A stretch of DNA of 64,000 nucleotides from Pseudomonadota bacterium (GCA_041179165.1 JBEGTX010000161.1:16014-80013); one strand, 5' to 3'; positions 1 to 10,452 are shown, counted from the first letter of the stretch. The notes: generated by a model not told the origin, from the sequence alone. Numbers and translations: made by a program.

Positions 1-155
1 GTGCCCGAGGTCGTGAACGGACCGATGCCACTGCTGAAGTTGTGCTGGAAGATCGTGGCAGCTTGCACTGGCGCCGAGAAGGCGCACAGTCCAAAACCAA
101 CGGACGAAATGGTACCGACGAGCCGTCGAAAGGCGGCTGCCCTGGTGAGCTTCAT
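1..155 (-). CDS. 5' end of a secreted protein gene (continues past the window start)
   Basis: ATG at 153-155 (minus), GAGGAG Shine-Dalgarno at 163-168 with 7-nt spacing. Translation MKLTRAAAFRRLVGTISSVGFGLCAFSAPVQA/ATIFQHNFSS is a typical Sec signal peptide. Function unknown. Confidence 0.5.
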   Translation of the reverse strand, partial: MKLTRAAAFRRLVGTISSVGFGLCAFSAPVQAATIFQHNFSSGIGPFTTSG

Positions 156-398
156 GTTGTGTCTCCTCGTTGTTTGACAACGTTGGTTTGTGGGCTACGC
201 CGGTGAACGAAGCATCGTTCACACAGCGAGCGCCATCCGTCGCAGGCGAGGAGTTCCCATCAACAATGGGCAAACCCACCAACAATCTGTGGCCCGGCAT
301 GTTTGCATCCCGGTCCGCAGATTGCGATTAGCGCATGTCCCTAGTCGTTGAAGCTGGGCAAGCCCAGCCGCATGTGCTAAGGCCATCCGTGACAGGCG

Positions 399-1670
399 TC
401 ACAGTTTCTTGTCGATCACCAGCTTGAGCCCGGTGGCACCGGGGGCCAGCGCGGCCGTCGGCTCACTGGTGAGATCGCCCGGCTGAGGGATCGGCTGACC
501 GGAGCGGGAGACACGGGCCACCACCACCACGCCACGGGCCTTGGAGATGGTCCGATCGGGCATCATGGCCAGACTGTCGTCGAGGGTGAACTTGAGCGGC
601 AGGTCCGACACCTTCTTGCGCAGCACGGCCAGTGGCGCCCGCGAGCCATCATCGGGGCGGGCCACGATGAACACGGTGTCGTCCGGACTGAGCCCGGCCT
701 GCACAGCAGGTGACAAGCTCACCTCGCCGCTGATCGATGCGCCTGCAGAGGCCACGGCCGGTGCCTTGTCGGCGGACTTGGCAGGCACTGCGGGTGCCGA
801 GGCCAAAGCCGCTGCCAGCGCCGGTCCGCCCTTGGCGCGCGCCTGATCGATGTTGGACTGCACGTCCCGCGCGTCGTCGGAACCGGGCGGCAGCACGGTC
901 AGCAGCTTTTGCCACTGCGCAATGGCCTCGGCAAACTCGCCGCGCCGGTAGGCCGACATGCCCGTGAGCATCAGGGCCATCGGATGGCTCGGCTCCAGTG
1001 TCAGCGCCTTGCGAACCAGCTCCATCGGCCGGCCTTCGAGGTCGTCGTTGGCGCTGACGGTGAGGACTTCGGCCTGTTCGATCAGCAGATCGGGGTTGGT
1101 GGTGACCAGCGGGGCTGCACGGTCGTAGGCGCGGGCCGACTCGGGATAGCGCTCCATCGAGCGGTAGGCCCGGGCCAGCAGCACCCATCCCTTGTAGTTG
1201 TCCGGCGACTTCTCAAGGACCGCGACCAGCCGGCTGAGCATCTCCTGCTGCTTCTTTTGCTCAGGGCTGAGCAGGGCCGCAGCGGCGACCGCATCGATGG
1301 CCCCGACGTTTCCCACTCCCCGGTACATCGCTGCTGCCACGATGGGCACGAGCACGGCCAGAGAAATGGCGGTCCAGCGACCTCGCACTCCCGTGGCCGC
1401 CGGGGCTTTGGCGACCACCGGGGCCGGCACGTCGGTCACGTCCTGCAACAGGCGGCGCTGAAGTTCATCACGGGCCTCTTGGTAGTTGGCGTCGTTCAGC
1501 TGACCGCGAGCGAGGTCGCGCTCGAGCTCCTGGAGCTGGTCACGATAAACCTTGGAGTTGAGTTCGGTCACGGTCAGCGTGCCACGACGCGCGCCACGCC
1601 GAAGCGGCCACAGCAGCCACAGCACCACCACCACCGTCAACGCGATGGAAACAATCAGGAAGACATTCAT
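399..1670 (-). CDS. ccmI: c-type cytochrome biogenesis protein CcmI (CycH)
   Basis: 423-aa ORF with an N-terminal TM helix (MNVFLIVSIALTVVVVLWLLW), a TPR-like middle, an Ala/Pro linker and a C-terminal domain. Last gene of the ccm operon. Its ATG overlaps the ccmH stop (ATGA at 1667-1670). Confidence 0.9.
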   Translation of the reverse strand: MNVFLIVSIALTVVVVLWLLWPLRRGARRGTLTVTELNSKVYRDQLQELERDLARGQLNDANYQEARDELQRRLLQDVTDVPAPVVAKAPAATGVRGRWTAISLAVLVPIVAAAMYRGVGNVGAIDAVAAAALLSPEQKKQQEMLSRLVAVLEKSPDNYKGWVLLARAYRSMERYPESARAYDRAAPLVTTNPDLLIEQAEVLTVSANDDLEGRPMELVRKALTLEPSHPMALMLTGMSAYRRGEFAEAIAQWQKLLTVLPPGSDDARDVQSNIDQARAKGGPALAAALASAPAVPAKSADKAPAVASAGASISGEVSLSPAVQAGLSPDDTVFIVARPDDGSRAPLAVLRKKVSDLPLKFTLDDSLAMMPDRTISKARGVVVVARVSRSGQPIPQPGDLTSEPTAALAPGATGLKLVIDKKL

Positions 1671-2170
1671 GGGCGCGGGTCGGGCGTGTCGAGGAGGGCT
1701 TGCGCCTGACGGCGCTCGTCGTCGGTGAGGGCGGGCGTGACATCAGCCGCATGCTCCCGCTGGCGCTGCCGCAGAAAGCGCACCAGAAAGAACACGCCGC
1801 CGAGCAGCAGCAGAAACGGCCCGAACCACAGGAACCAGGTCACTGGCTTCAGGGGCGGACGGTAAAGAACGAAGTCGCCATAACGGCTGACCAGGAACTC
1901 GGTGATTTCAGCGTCGGTCTTGCCTTCGCGGATCAGTTTGCGGATTTCACGGCGCAGGTCGTTGGCCAGATCGGCGCGCGAGCCGGCCAGCGACTCGTTC
2001 TGGCACACGAGGCAGCGAACGTCTTCGGAGATGCGGATGAGGCGCTGCTCGACGACCGGATCTTCGGCCAACGGCGCGGCGTCTTTCGCGCTGACCGACG
2101 CCACCAGAACACTGCATACAGCCAGCAAGGCCAGCGATCGACGCCCCCAGGCAAACAGGCGCGCGCTCAC
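1667..2170 (-). CDS. ccmH: cytochrome c-type biogenesis protein CcmH
   Basis: Signal peptide, the VRCLVCQNESL CXXC motif and a C-terminal TM segment. I place the start at GTG 2170, overlapping the ccmG stop (GTGA). The 279-aa track ORF has an Arg/Pro-rich N-terminal extension that lies inside ccmG and is rejected. Confidence 0.88.
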   Translation of the reverse strand: MSARLFAWGRRSLALLAVCSVLVASVSAKDAAPLAEDPVVEQRLIRISEDVRCLVCQNESLAGSRADLANDLRREIRKLIREGKTDAEITEFLVSRYGDFVLYRPPLKPVTWFLWFGPFLLLLGGVFFLVRFLRQRQREHAADVTPALTDDERRQAQALLDTPDPRP

Positions 2171-2697
2171 CCTTGAAGCTCCTTGATGAGCGGGCGAATC
2201 TTCTTGTCGAGCAGCTCGGGCGTGACAGGCCCGATGACCTTGAAGCGGATCACACCCGCCTTGTCGATCAGGTAGGTTTCGGGCACGCCGTACACGCCGT
2301 AGTCGATGCCCACGCGGCCATCGGCATCCACGGCCGACAGCTGATAGGGGTCGCCGTGCTTGGACAACCAGTTCTTCGCATCGGGGGCCTGGTCCTTGTA
2401 GTTCAGGCCGATGATGGGCAGCAGGTTCTCGCGCGCCAGTGCCACCAGCACCGGATGCTCGGCGCGGCAGGCCACGCACCACGAGGCCCACACGTTGAAG
2501 AGCCACACCTTGCCGAGCATGTCGCGCTGAGAAAACCTGGCATCGGACGCCAGTTGCGGCACCTCGAAGGCCGGCGCAGGCTTGCCGATCAGCGGTGACG
2601 GCACCTCGCTCGGGTCACGGGTGAGTCCGATGCCCAGAAACACGACCAGCACCAGGAACAGCCCCAGCGGCCACAGGAACTTGCGCTGCGACTTCAT
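2167..2697 (-). CDS. ccmG: thiol:disulfide oxidoreductase CcmG/DsbE
   Basis: Membrane anchor [25 protein letters not shown] and the thioredoxin motif WASWCVACRAEHP. ATG at 2697 overlaps the ccmF stop (ATGA). Confidence 0.92.
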   Translation of the reverse strand: MKSQRKFLWPLGLFLVLVVFLGIGLTRDPSEVPSPLIGKPAPAFEVPQLASDARFSQRDMLGKVWLFNVWASWCVACRAEHPVLVALARENLLPIIGLNYKDQAPDAKNWLSKHGDPYQLSAVDADGRVGIDYGVYGVPETYLIDKAGVIRFKVIGPVTPELLDKKIRPLIKELQG

Positions 2698-4655
2698 GCG
2701 GCCGCTCCCTGCGTCGCCACCGAGGCCTTGCGGGCCTTGCTCAAGCGGTAGCGGCGGTCTGCTGCCGCAAGAATGCCGCCCAGGCCCATCAAGAGGCAAC
2801 CGCCCCAGATCCAGTCGACGAACGGCTTGTGATAGACGCGCATGCTCCAGACCGCGGTGGCGCCCTGCCCTTCGAGCACCTCGCCCAAGGCGACGTAGAG
2901 GTCACGTGTCAGGCTCGCGTCGATGGCCGCTTCGGTCATGGGCATGCCCGACGACACGTACTTGCGCTTCTCGGGGTGCATGAGCCGCTGCACCTCTCCG
3001 TTCTTGCTGAGTTCGACATCGCCGCGCTGAGCAATGTAGTTGGGGCCCCGCACCTCGTTGACGGCCAGCAGGCGGAAGGTGTACCCCCCCACAACCACCG
3101 TGTCATTCGGGCCCATGCGCACATCACGCTCGGTCTGGTAGCTCATCACCATGGTGGCGCCGAACACGAACACGGCAATGCCGGCGTGCGCGAGGTGCAT
3201 GCCCCAGAAGGAGATGGGCGCACTCACGGTGCCACGACGCGTTTGCTTGAGGATGTGGATGACCGAGCTGCTCACGATCCACGCCGCGAGGAACGAGCCC
3301 AGCGCGGCAAGCCAGGACCAGTGGCCCTCGATGAAGGGCACGGCCAAGGCCGCCACCGTCGCAATGAGCGCCGCCGGACGCAAGCGCTGGAGCAATTCGC
3401 GGCCGTCGGCTTCTTTCCAGCGGGCCAAGGGGCCGAGTGGCATGAGCAGCAGCAAGGGCAGCATCAGCGGACCGAAGACGCTCTGGAAGTACGGTGGGCC
3501 CACCGAGATCTTGCCGAGGTTCAACGCATCGACGATGAGCGGGTACAGCGTGCCGAGCAGCACGCTGGCGGCGGCGGCCATCAGCAGCACGTTGTTGAGC
3601 AGCAGCAAGGCCTCACGCGACACCACAGTGAAATTGCCGCCCGTGCTCACCTTCGGCGCACGCCATGCAAACAGTGCCAGAGAGCCACCCACCACCACGG
3701 TGAGAAAGCCCAGCACGAAGACACCGCGCGCCGGGTCGACCGCAAACGCGTGGACAGAGGTGAGCACCCCCGAACGAACCAGGAAGGTACCGAGCAGCGA
3801 CAGCGAGAACGCGCTGATGGCCAGCACGATGGTCCAGTTCTTGAACGTGCCGCGCTTTTCGGTCACGGCCAGCGAGTGGATGAGGGCGGTGCCCACCAGC
3901 CACGGCATGAACGATGCGTTTTCAACAGGGTCCCAGAACCACCAGCCGCCCCAACCCAGTTCGTAGTACGCCCACCATGAGCCGAGCGCGATGCCGAAGG
4001 TGAGGAAGATCCAGGCCGCGGTGGTCCAGGGGCGCGACCAACGCGCCCAGGCGGCGTCGAGCCGGCCCGACAGCAAGGCCGAGATGGCAAAGGCAAAGGC
4101 CACCGAGAAACCCACGTAGCCCATGTAGAGCATGGGCGGATGAAACACCAGACCCGGGTCTTGCAGCAGCGGGTTCAGGTCGCGGCCGTCGGCCGCCGCG
4201 GGCAGGAGCCTCGCGAACGGGTTGGAGGTGAGCAGGATGAACAGCATGAAACCGATGGCCAGCACGCCGAGCACGCCAAGCACGCGAGCCACCATGTCGT
4301 CAGGCAGCTGGCGCGAGAACGTGGCCACACCCATGCCCCACACCGAACCCATCAGCACCCAGAGCAACAGCGAACCTTCGTGGCCGCCCCACACCGCTGC
4401 GAACCGGTAGAGGTCGGGCAGCAGCGAGTTGGAATGCTGGGCCACGTAGACGACCGAGAAGTCGTTGACCATGAAAGCGTAGGCCAGGCAGCCGAACGAC
4501 ACGGACACGAGCAAGAACACCAGCTGGGCCGACGGCCGCGCAAGCGCCACCCAGTCGGCACGGCCCTGGTGGGCACCCAGCAGCGGGAAGATGCCTTGCA
4601 CGACCGACACGCACAGCGCCAGGATGAGCGCGAAATGACCGATTTCTGGAATCAT
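2694..4655 (-). CDS. ccmF: cytochrome c heme lyase subunit CcmF
   Basis: 653-aa polytopic protein with the WWD heme-handling motif ([20 protein letters not shown]). Confidence 0.95.
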   Translation of the reverse strand: MIPEIGHFALILALCVSVVQGIFPLLGAHQGRADWVALARPSAQLVFLLVSVSFGCLAYAFMVNDFSVVYVAQHSNSLLPDLYRFAAVWGGHEGSLLLWVLMGSVWGMGVATFSRQLPDDMVARVLGVLGVLAIGFMLFILLTSNPFARLLPAAADGRDLNPLLQDPGLVFHPPMLYMGYVGFSVAFAFAISALLSGRLDAAWARWSRPWTTAAWIFLTFGIALGSWWAYYELGWGGWWFWDPVENASFMPWLVGTALIHSLAVTEKRGTFKNWTIVLAISAFSLSLLGTFLVRSGVLTSVHAFAVDPARGVFVLGFLTVVVGGSLALFAWRAPKVSTGGNFTVVSREALLLLNNVLLMAAAASVLLGTLYPLIVDALNLGKISVGPPYFQSVFGPLMLPLLLLMPLGPLARWKEADGRELLQRLRPAALIATVAALAVPFIEGHWSWLAALGSFLAAWIVSSSVIHILKQTRRGTVSAPISFWGMHLAHAGIAVFVFGATMVMSYQTERDVRMGPNDTVVVGGYTFRLLAVNEVRGPNYIAQRGDVELSKNGEVQRLMHPEKRKYVSSGMPMTEAAIDASLTRDLYVALGEVLEGQGATAVWSMRVYHKPFVDWIWGGCLLMGLGGILAAADRRYRLSKARKASVATQGAAA

Positions 4656-5092
4656 GGCTTCAATGTCTTGGCGGCCTGCTTGGCCTGGTCCATCGCATGC
4701 TGCGCTTCGGGCGGCATGTAGTTTTCGTCGTGCTTGGCCAGCACCTCGCTCGCCACGAAGCGCCCGTCAGGACCGAGCTTGCCCTGCGCCACGACGCCCT
4801 TGGCCTCGCGGAACAGGTCGGGCAGGATGCCGGTGTAGACCACCGGCGTTTCACGCACCGTGTCGGTCACGACAAAGCGCACGGTGAGGTTGTCGCGCTG
4901 AACGCTGCCGGCTTTCACCATGCCGCCGATGCGGAAGGCGCGGTCTTTCGGGGCCTCGCCCGCCGCCACTTGCGTGGGCGTGAGGAAGAACACGAGGTTG
5001 CTGTTGAACGCGTTCAAGACCAGCGCCGCGGCAATGCCGAGGGCGGCCAGGCCACCGACCACGATGGCAAGACGTTTGCGGCGCGGCGTCAT
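4652..5092 (-). CDS. ccmE: heme chaperone CcmE
   Basis: 146 aa with an N-terminal anchor, an OB-fold region and the C-terminal [12 protein letters not shown] containing the heme-binding His. Confidence 0.95.
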   Translation of the reverse strand: MTPRRKRLAIVVGGLAALGIAAALVLNAFNSNLVFFLTPTQVAAGEAPKDRAFRIGGMVKAGSVQRDNLTVRFVVTDTVRETPVVYTGILPDLFREAKGVVAQGKLGPDGRFVASEVLAKHDENYMPPEAQHAMDQAKQAAKTLKP

Positions 5093-5259
5093 GCTGCGAT
5101 CTTCCGTTGGAGGGCGAGGTCAGCCAGCGCGCGACGGCGGCGCAAGCGCAGCAGCCACGACTCGGCCCCGAGCAACGCGGCGCTCACGCCGAAACTGCCC
5201 CACACATAGCCGGCATAGCCGCCCATGGCAAAAAACTCGCTCACGCTATGCCACTGCAT
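5089..5259 (-). CDS. ccmD: heme exporter protein CcmD
   Basis: Small single-TM protein ([37 protein letters not shown]...) between ccmC and ccmE. The start at ATG 5259 was chosen over the longer track ORF; the start is uncertain. Confidence 0.75.
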   Translation of the reverse strand: MQWHSVSEFFAMGGYAGYVWGSFGVSAALLGAESWLLRLRRRRALADLALQRKIAA

Positions 5260-5986
5260 CTTGGACCCATTCGGTATGACGTTCACGCTCGAGAATGATG
5301 GTGCGCACGCGCGACAGCGCCGCTGCAATGGCGTACATCCAGCAGGCCATCACCAGCAGCAGCATGCCCCAGACCATGGTGCGCGCCATCGACGGCGCCT
5401 GCGTCATGGAGATCGAGGCACCCTGGTGCAAGGTGTTCCACCACTTCACTGAAAAATAGATGATGGGCACGTTGACCACGCCCACGATGGCGAGCACGGC
5501 GCCCGCGCGGTCGGCACGGCGCGGATCATCGATGGCCGCCTGCAACCCCATGAAGCCGAGGTACAGGAAAAAGAGGATCAGCATGGAGGTGAGCCGCGCA
5601 TCCCACACCCACCACGCACCCCACATGGGCTTGCCCCAGAGGGCGCCCGTCCACAGCGTGATGAACGAGAACAGCGCGCCCGTCGGTGCCAGCGCGGTGG
5701 CCATCATGCTGGCCAGGCGGATGTTGAACACCAGCCCCACAGCGGCCCAGAAGGCCATCACCAGGTACAGCACCATGGCCACCCAGGCGGCGGGCACATG
5801 AATGAAGATGATGCGGTAGCCCTCACCCTGCTGGGCATCGGTGGGCGCCACAAAAAAAGATACCCACAGGCCCACCAGGGCCAAGACCGTCGCGAGCAGT
5901 GCGAAAGCAGGCCACAGCTTGCCCGCCAGCGGATAGAAGCTGGCCGGCGAGGCAAACCGGAACAAGGAGGTGGTAGAGGTCTTCAT
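5246..5986 (-). CDS. ccmC: heme exporter protein CcmC
   Basis: 246-aa polytopic protein with the WWD motif (WGKPMWGAWWVWDARLTS). Confidence 0.95.
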   Translation of the reverse strand: MKTSTTSLFRFASPASFYPLAGKLWPAFALLATVLALVGLWVSFFVAPTDAQQGEGYRIIFIHVPAAWVAMVLYLVMAFWAAVGLVFNIRLASMMATALAPTGALFSFITLWTGALWGKPMWGAWWVWDARLTSMLILFFLYLGFMGLQAAIDDPRRADRAGAVLAIVGVVNVPIIYFSVKWWNTLHQGASISMTQAPSMARTMVWGMLLLVMACWMYAIAAALSRVRTIILERERHTEWVQDAVA

Positions 5987-6099
5987 TCAGCGAAAGATGC
6001 GCAGTCGTTCAAAAAGCAGCCCGCACTGTAGCGGTTGCCTCGGGCTTGCTTCAGGGTAGAAACCTAGGCTTGAAGTTCCCTCGATTGTCGCTGCTGCAC

Positions 6100-6804
6100 T
6101 CATTCCATCGATATGCGAAGAGCGGCTGTGGCTGCAAGCGGGGCGAAAAACGCCCCCAGCACCAGCATGGCGCCCAGGAGCATGAAGTTGCCTGAGGGAT
6201 CCAGCCCGGCAGTGTAGGCCTCCACCATGCCGGCGCCAAAAATGAGCACCGGCACAAAAAGCGGAAGGATCAGCAGCGCCAGCAACACGCCGGCGCCTCG
6301 CACGCCGAGCGTGAGCGCCGCACCGATGCTCCCCACCAGGCTCAGCACCGGTGTGCCCACCAGCAGCGACAGCATGAGCCAGCCGAGGCTCGGGCCGTCC
6401 AGATCGAACTGCAGCCCGAGCACCGGCCCGGCCAGCACCAGAGGCAAGCCCGTCAAGAGCCAGTGCGCACTCACCTTGGCCAGCACCACCACCACCAGCG
6501 GTGTGGGCGACAGCAGCATCTGCTCCAGGCTGCCATCGGCGTGGTCAGCGGCAAAGAGGCGAGGCAGCGACAGCACGGCCGACAACAGTGCGCCCACCCA
6601 CAGAATGCCTGGGGCGATGCGGCGCAGCAGCGCGGTTTCCGGGCCGATGGCCAGAGGGAACATGCTGGCCACCATCACGAAAAACACGAGGGCCATCAGC
6701 ACCTCGCTCTTTTGCCGCATGGCCACGCGCAGGTCGCGCTGCAGCACGAGACCGAAGACGCGCAGACTTCCCGGAGCCTGGGCCGAAGCGAGGGTGGCGC
6801 TCAT
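6100..6804 (-). CDS. ccmB: heme exporter permease CcmB
   Basis: 234-aa six-TM-like hydrophobic protein positioned between ccmA and ccmC. Confidence 0.9.
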   Translation of the reverse strand: MSATLASAQAPGSLRVFGLVLQRDLRVAMRQKSEVLMALVFFVMVASMFPLAIGPETALLRRIAPGILWVGALLSAVLSLPRLFAADHADGSLEQMLLSPTPLVVVVLAKVSAHWLLTGLPLVLAGPVLGLQFDLDGPSLGWLMLSLLVGTPVLSLVGSIGAALTLGVRGAGVLLALLILPLFVPVLIFGAGMVEAYTAGLDPSGNFMLLGAMLVLGAFFAPLAATAALRISME

Positions 6805-7418
6805 GACGTCAACTCCAGCATCTGAGGAGCTCGTCCAGCGAGCACGACGGGCTGGTGGCTCGTCAGCATGGCCATGCCACCACGCTCCAGGTGCTCACCG
6901 ATCAGCGTCTCGAGCACGGACAGCGCATGGACGTCCATCGCGACAAAGGGTTCGTCCAGCACCCACAACGAGGCCGTGCTGGTGGCCAGGCGCGCAAAGG
7001 CGACCCGGCGCTTCTGGCCTTGGGACAGAACGCGGCAGGGCAGGTCTTCGCGGCCGGCCAGGCCCATGCGAGCGAGCGCGTCATCGATCTGGGCATCGGC
7101 GACCTCGGCACCACCGAGCATCGTGGACACGCGCAGGTTCTCGCGGGCGCTCAGCAGGCCTTGCAGGCCGCTGTCGTGGCCGACATAGAGCAGCTCACGG
7201 CGAAAGGCCTCAGGGTCAGCCGCGACCGGCTGGCCGTTCCAGCGTACTTCCCCGGCTGCTGGCAGGGCCAACCCGCAGACGATGCGCAGCAGGCTGGTCT
7301 TGCCGATGCCGTTTGCCCCGGCCACGTGGACCCATGCGCCGCGCGCCAGCGTGCAGTGCACGTGGCGAAAGAGCAGGCGTTCGCCCTTGGCGCAGGCGAT
7401 GTCGTGGAGGTTCAGCAT
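6801..7418 (-). CDS. ccmA: heme ABC exporter ATP-binding protein CcmA
   Basis: Walker A GANGIGKTS, signature LSQGQKRRV, Walker B LWVLDEP. ATG at 7418 (MLNLHDIACAKGERLLF) is preferred to the upstream track start at 7442. Confidence 0.9.
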   Translation of the reverse strand: MLNLHDIACAKGERLLFRHVHCTLARGAWVHVAGANGIGKTSLLRIVCGLALPAAGEVRWNGQPVAADPEAFRRELLYVGHDSGLQGLLSARENLRVSTMLGGAEVADAQIDDALARMGLAGREDLPCRVLSQGQKRRVAFARLATSTASLWVLDEPFVAMDVHALSVLETLIGEHLERGGMAMLTSHQPVVLAGRAPQMLELTS

Positions 7419-7799
7419 GGCGGGCTGGATTCTGCACCACATCCACCTCGGAAACCGCCCGCATCAGCGACGTGCGCTCGGCGCTCGACACCGGCAAGCG
7501 GTCGCTGAGCGTGTTCGGGGGCCTCCAGGAAATGAACGTGGCCCTGGGCGCAAGCCTCTCTCGGCACGTGCATTCGCAAGTCGGCCAGTTCAACCACCGA
7601 GAACCCTCGCAGCATCTTCCGCCGGGGACCCCGACCACAGGAAGGCCTGAAGCATGAAGCAGCGGTGCCGAGCCTGACGCCGCCCCGCGAAGTGGGCATG
7701 CCGCCTGCGCGCGTCCAACGCAGTCTGGACAGATGCCTTCGCTTGCGGGTTTGCGAAGGCCAGCCCCGCGAATTGTTCCGGGGCATGGCCCTGCGGGGT

Positions 7800-8135
7800 T
7801 CATGTCGCGTGGTGGTTGCCGAGGCTTGCTGCCGCCGCAGCACCTCCCTGCCGGCGAACACCAGACCTCTGCACCTGCAGGAATTCGCGTCTCGCGAGGC
7901 TGGTCAGGGCGCGACTCACACTTTCGTGGGCCAGTCCGAGGTGACTGGCGATGTCCCAGCGGCTCATGGGAAGCTCGATGACCGGCGCTTGCACATCCTG
8001 CAGGCGCGCATCGCTCGACAGCCGCACGGTGCCATCCGCATCGATCAAGGACGGCCAGCGCATCCGCCCGCGCAAGGTCTGAAGCTGTGCCGCTTGTGCC
8101 AGATCAACCCGCCTGTCGACGAGCTCACGCATCAT
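7800..8135 (-). CDS. Crp/Fnr-family C-terminal HTH domain protein, apparently N-terminally truncated (possible gene remnant)
   Basis: 111 aa. PMSRWDIASHLGLAHESVSRALTSLARREFL matches the Crp/Fnr-type HTH. No cNMP-binding/sensor domain precedes it, and the C-terminal tail is low-complexity (GGAAAAASLGNHHAT). Confidence 0.5.
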   Translation of the reverse strand: MMRELVDRRVDLAQAAQLQTLRGRMRWPSLIDADGTVRLSSDARLQDVQAPVIELPMSRWDIASHLGLAHESVSRALTSLARREFLQVQRSGVRRQGGAAAAASLGNHHAT

Positions 8136-8176
8136 CGACTGGGTGGCCTCTGTCGGCCATTTAACAAGGAGTCAAC

Positions 8177-8371
8177 ATGCGATCACCCAATGTGGGAACC
8201 ATCGACCGTGCGCTGCGCATTCTGCTCGGCTTGGCACTGATCATCCTCATGCTGACAGGGATCATCGGGTACTGGGGCCTCCTCGGCCTGATCCCCTTGT
8301 TCACCGGCATGTTTTCAAGCTGCCCTGTCTACTCGTTGTTCGGCATCTCTTCGCGACCGCGCAAGGAATGA
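8177..8371 (+). CDS. DUF2892 (YgaP-like) small membrane protein
   Basis: 64 aa. VGTIDRALRILLGLALIIL...GLIPLFTGMFSSCPVYSLFGIS is the typical DUF2892 pattern. AAGGAG Shine-Dalgarno at 8166-8171. Confidence 0.8.
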   Translation: MRSPNVGTIDRALRILLGLALIILMLTGIIGYWGLLGLIPLFTGMFSSCPVYSLFGISSRPRKE

Positions 8372-8392
8372 AGGGCGCGGCCCGCGAGGCTG

Positions 8393-10108
8393 TCACCCGT
8401 CGTGGTGCCTCTGCGGCCCCCGGCTTGCCTCCCGGCCGCCGCGGGCAATGGAACGCAGCAACCACAGCCCCCCCGCGCAGGCACCCGTGAACCCGAGCAG
8501 CCCGAACGCCGGCAGACCCCAGAGTTCCGGTCCGCCCCGGACCGTCATGACGATCGACGAACCGACAATCAGCGCAGCGACGAGCAGACCCACCGTGACA
8601 CGGCTGGCTGCGCGGTCGAGTTGATCCCCCGCACGCTGGAGCCCTTGGACGTCGATGTGCACTTGTACGCCACCCTGACGGACACTCCTGAGCAGACGCG
8701 CCAAGTCGTCGGGCACGCGGTTCAACAGATCGAGAAGCCGGTTGGCAGAGCGCCACCCGCGAGAGACCAGCGCGCCCGCCCGATAGCGCGACCTCAGTGC
8801 CTGTTTCAGCATCGGCAAGGCCTCGCTGCTCAGGTGAAAATCGGGGCAGAGGGTGCGCCCCATGCCCTCGGCCGAAATGAACGCCTTGATCAACAAGGCC
8901 AGGTCTGCGGGAAGAGAGAGCCTGTGCCTGCGCAAGATGCCGGTCACGTCGAGCAGCATGCTGGAGAGGCTGAGCTGGGCGAGCGGCGTGCCGTGATAGT
9001 CGTCGACGAACGCATCGACCTCGGCGCGCAGCAGATCCTCGTGCATACCCGCCGCGTCTTCGGCCCAATCCAGCAGCACGTCCGTGACCTCGGCCGCATC
9101 GCGCTGTACCAGCCCCAGCATGAGCTTGAGCAACTCGTCACGGCGTTGCGCAGACAGCCGCCCCACCATGCCGAAGTCGATGAAGGCCACGCGGTTGTCG
9201 CTCAGGTAGAACACATTGCCCGGGTGCGGGTCCGCATGGAACAGGCCATCCTGCACGATCATCTTCATGACAGCGCGGGCGCCGCGCCGCGCCAGCAGCG
9301 GACGGCTGAGGCCTTCCCGTTCTACCCGGTCCAGCGCGTCGCCCGGGATGCCGACGATGTGCTCCTGCACGTTGACACGCGTCCGCGTCCAGGCCCAGAA
9401 CACGCGCGGGATGACAATGCCTGGATCCGAGCTGAAGTTGGCCGCGATCCGCTCCGCGTTCCGGCATTCATTGGCGAGATCGAGTTCGCGCCGCAGCGAA
9501 CGTCCGAATTCACGCACCCATGAAACGGGACGGTAGGGACGGATCGCCGGCCACTCCCGGGCGGCCAGTGCGGCCAGCCGTTCGAGCAGATGAAGGTCGG
9601 CTTCGATGACGCGCTCGATGCCGGGCCGTCGCACCTTCATCACCACCTCCGTACCGTCCTTGAGGCGAGCTCTGTGCACCTGCGCAATCGAGCCCGCGGC
9701 GATGGGTTCGGGATCCAGCACCTCGAATCCATCCTCCCAGGATTCGCCCAGGTCTTCAGCGAGCTGCGGCCGAAGCGTGTCGAAGTCAACAGCGGGAACC
9801 CGGCTGTGCAGCTTGGCGAACTCGGCGATCCATGCGGGTCCGAAGAGATCGGCTCGCCCTGCAAGGACCTGGCCCAGCTTGACGAACGTCGGCCCCAACT
9901 CTTCAAGAGCCCGCCGCAGCTGTTCCTGCGGCTGCAACCGGACGAGTTCGGCCGAGGTGTCCCACTTCACGAAGCGCCCGGCCTTTTCGAGCGTGCCAGC
10001 CCAGCCCAGGCGGCGCACCGCTTCGCCCAGGCCATGCCTGACCAGGACGGAAACAATGTGCTGCAGGCGGACCAAGTCTCGGGCCGTGTACAGGACTTCG
10101 GACAGCAT
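8393..10108 (-). CDS. ABC1/UbiB-family atypical protein kinase
   Basis: 571 aa with GPTFVKLGQVLAGRADLF, IAAGSIAQVHRARL, HADPHPGNVF and IDFGMVGRL motifs plus C-terminal TM helices. Confidence 0.9.
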   Translation of the reverse strand: MLSEVLYTARDLVRLQHIVSVLVRHGLGEAVRRLGWAGTLEKAGRFVKWDTSAELVRLQPQEQLRRALEELGPTFVKLGQVLAGRADLFGPAWIAEFAKLHSRVPAVDFDTLRPQLAEDLGESWEDGFEVLDPEPIAAGSIAQVHRARLKDGTEVVMKVRRPGIERVIEADLHLLERLAALAAREWPAIRPYRPVSWVREFGRSLRRELDLANECRNAERIAANFSSDPGIVIPRVFWAWTRTRVNVQEHIVGIPGDALDRVEREGLSRPLLARRGARAVMKMIVQDGLFHADPHPGNVFYLSDNRVAFIDFGMVGRLSAQRRDELLKLMLGLVQRDAAEVTDVLLDWAEDAAGMHEDLLRAEVDAFVDDYHGTPLAQLSLSSMLLDVTGILRRHRLSLPADLALLIKAFISAEGMGRTLCPDFHLSSEALPMLKQALRSRYRAGALVSRGWRSANRLLDLLNRVPDDLARLLRSVRQGGVQVHIDVQGLQRAGDQLDRAASRVTVGLLVAALIVGSSIVMTVRGGPELWGLPAFGLLGFTGACAGGLWLLRSIARGGREASRGPQRHHDG

Positions 10109-10140
10109 GTGCGATTGTTCGATGCAGAGGATCAGTCACG

Positions 10141-10452
10141 ATGACACACCTCTCCCGTACTTCCATTGCGCCGCATCAAACCCGGGAGAGCGCGCATCTG
10201 GGCCGGCCATTGATCGCAGTCAAGTCCGTCCAGCGGTGGCTCGACGCCATCGAGCAGTGGTTTCCTGAGGTGTTCCGTCGACTCGCCCGCGCGTCCCTCT
10301 TTCGCGACTCCCCCGACGTCGACGTTCGGGTCGATGTCATCGAGCACGGCAAGACGCATGACGTCAGGGCAGAGATCCCCAGAGCGAAGAAGGAGTACAG
10401 CCGTGTTCTGTCTGCCGCACCGACCTGCACCTTGCACTGGGTCCTCGTCTGA
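10141..10452 (+). pseudogene. Hsp20/alpha-crystallin family gene, 3'-truncated relic
   Basis: DVDVRVDVIEHGKTHDVRAEIPRAKKE resembles the first strands of an alpha-crystallin domain. The frame then runs into unrelated sequence and stops. None of the three forward frames continues the domain. Confidence 0.55.

Noticed and set aside
6227-7657. 476-aa plus-strand ORF
   Set aside because: Antisense to ccmB/ccmA. Ser/Arg/Pro/Ala-rich low-complexity translation.
7216-7861. Minus-strand ORFs of 195 and 149 aa in the ccmA-upstream gap
   Set aside because: They overlap each other and ccmA, are Arg/Pro/Gly-rich, and have no motifs beyond a faint cNMP-domain-like stretch. They are not callable as genes.
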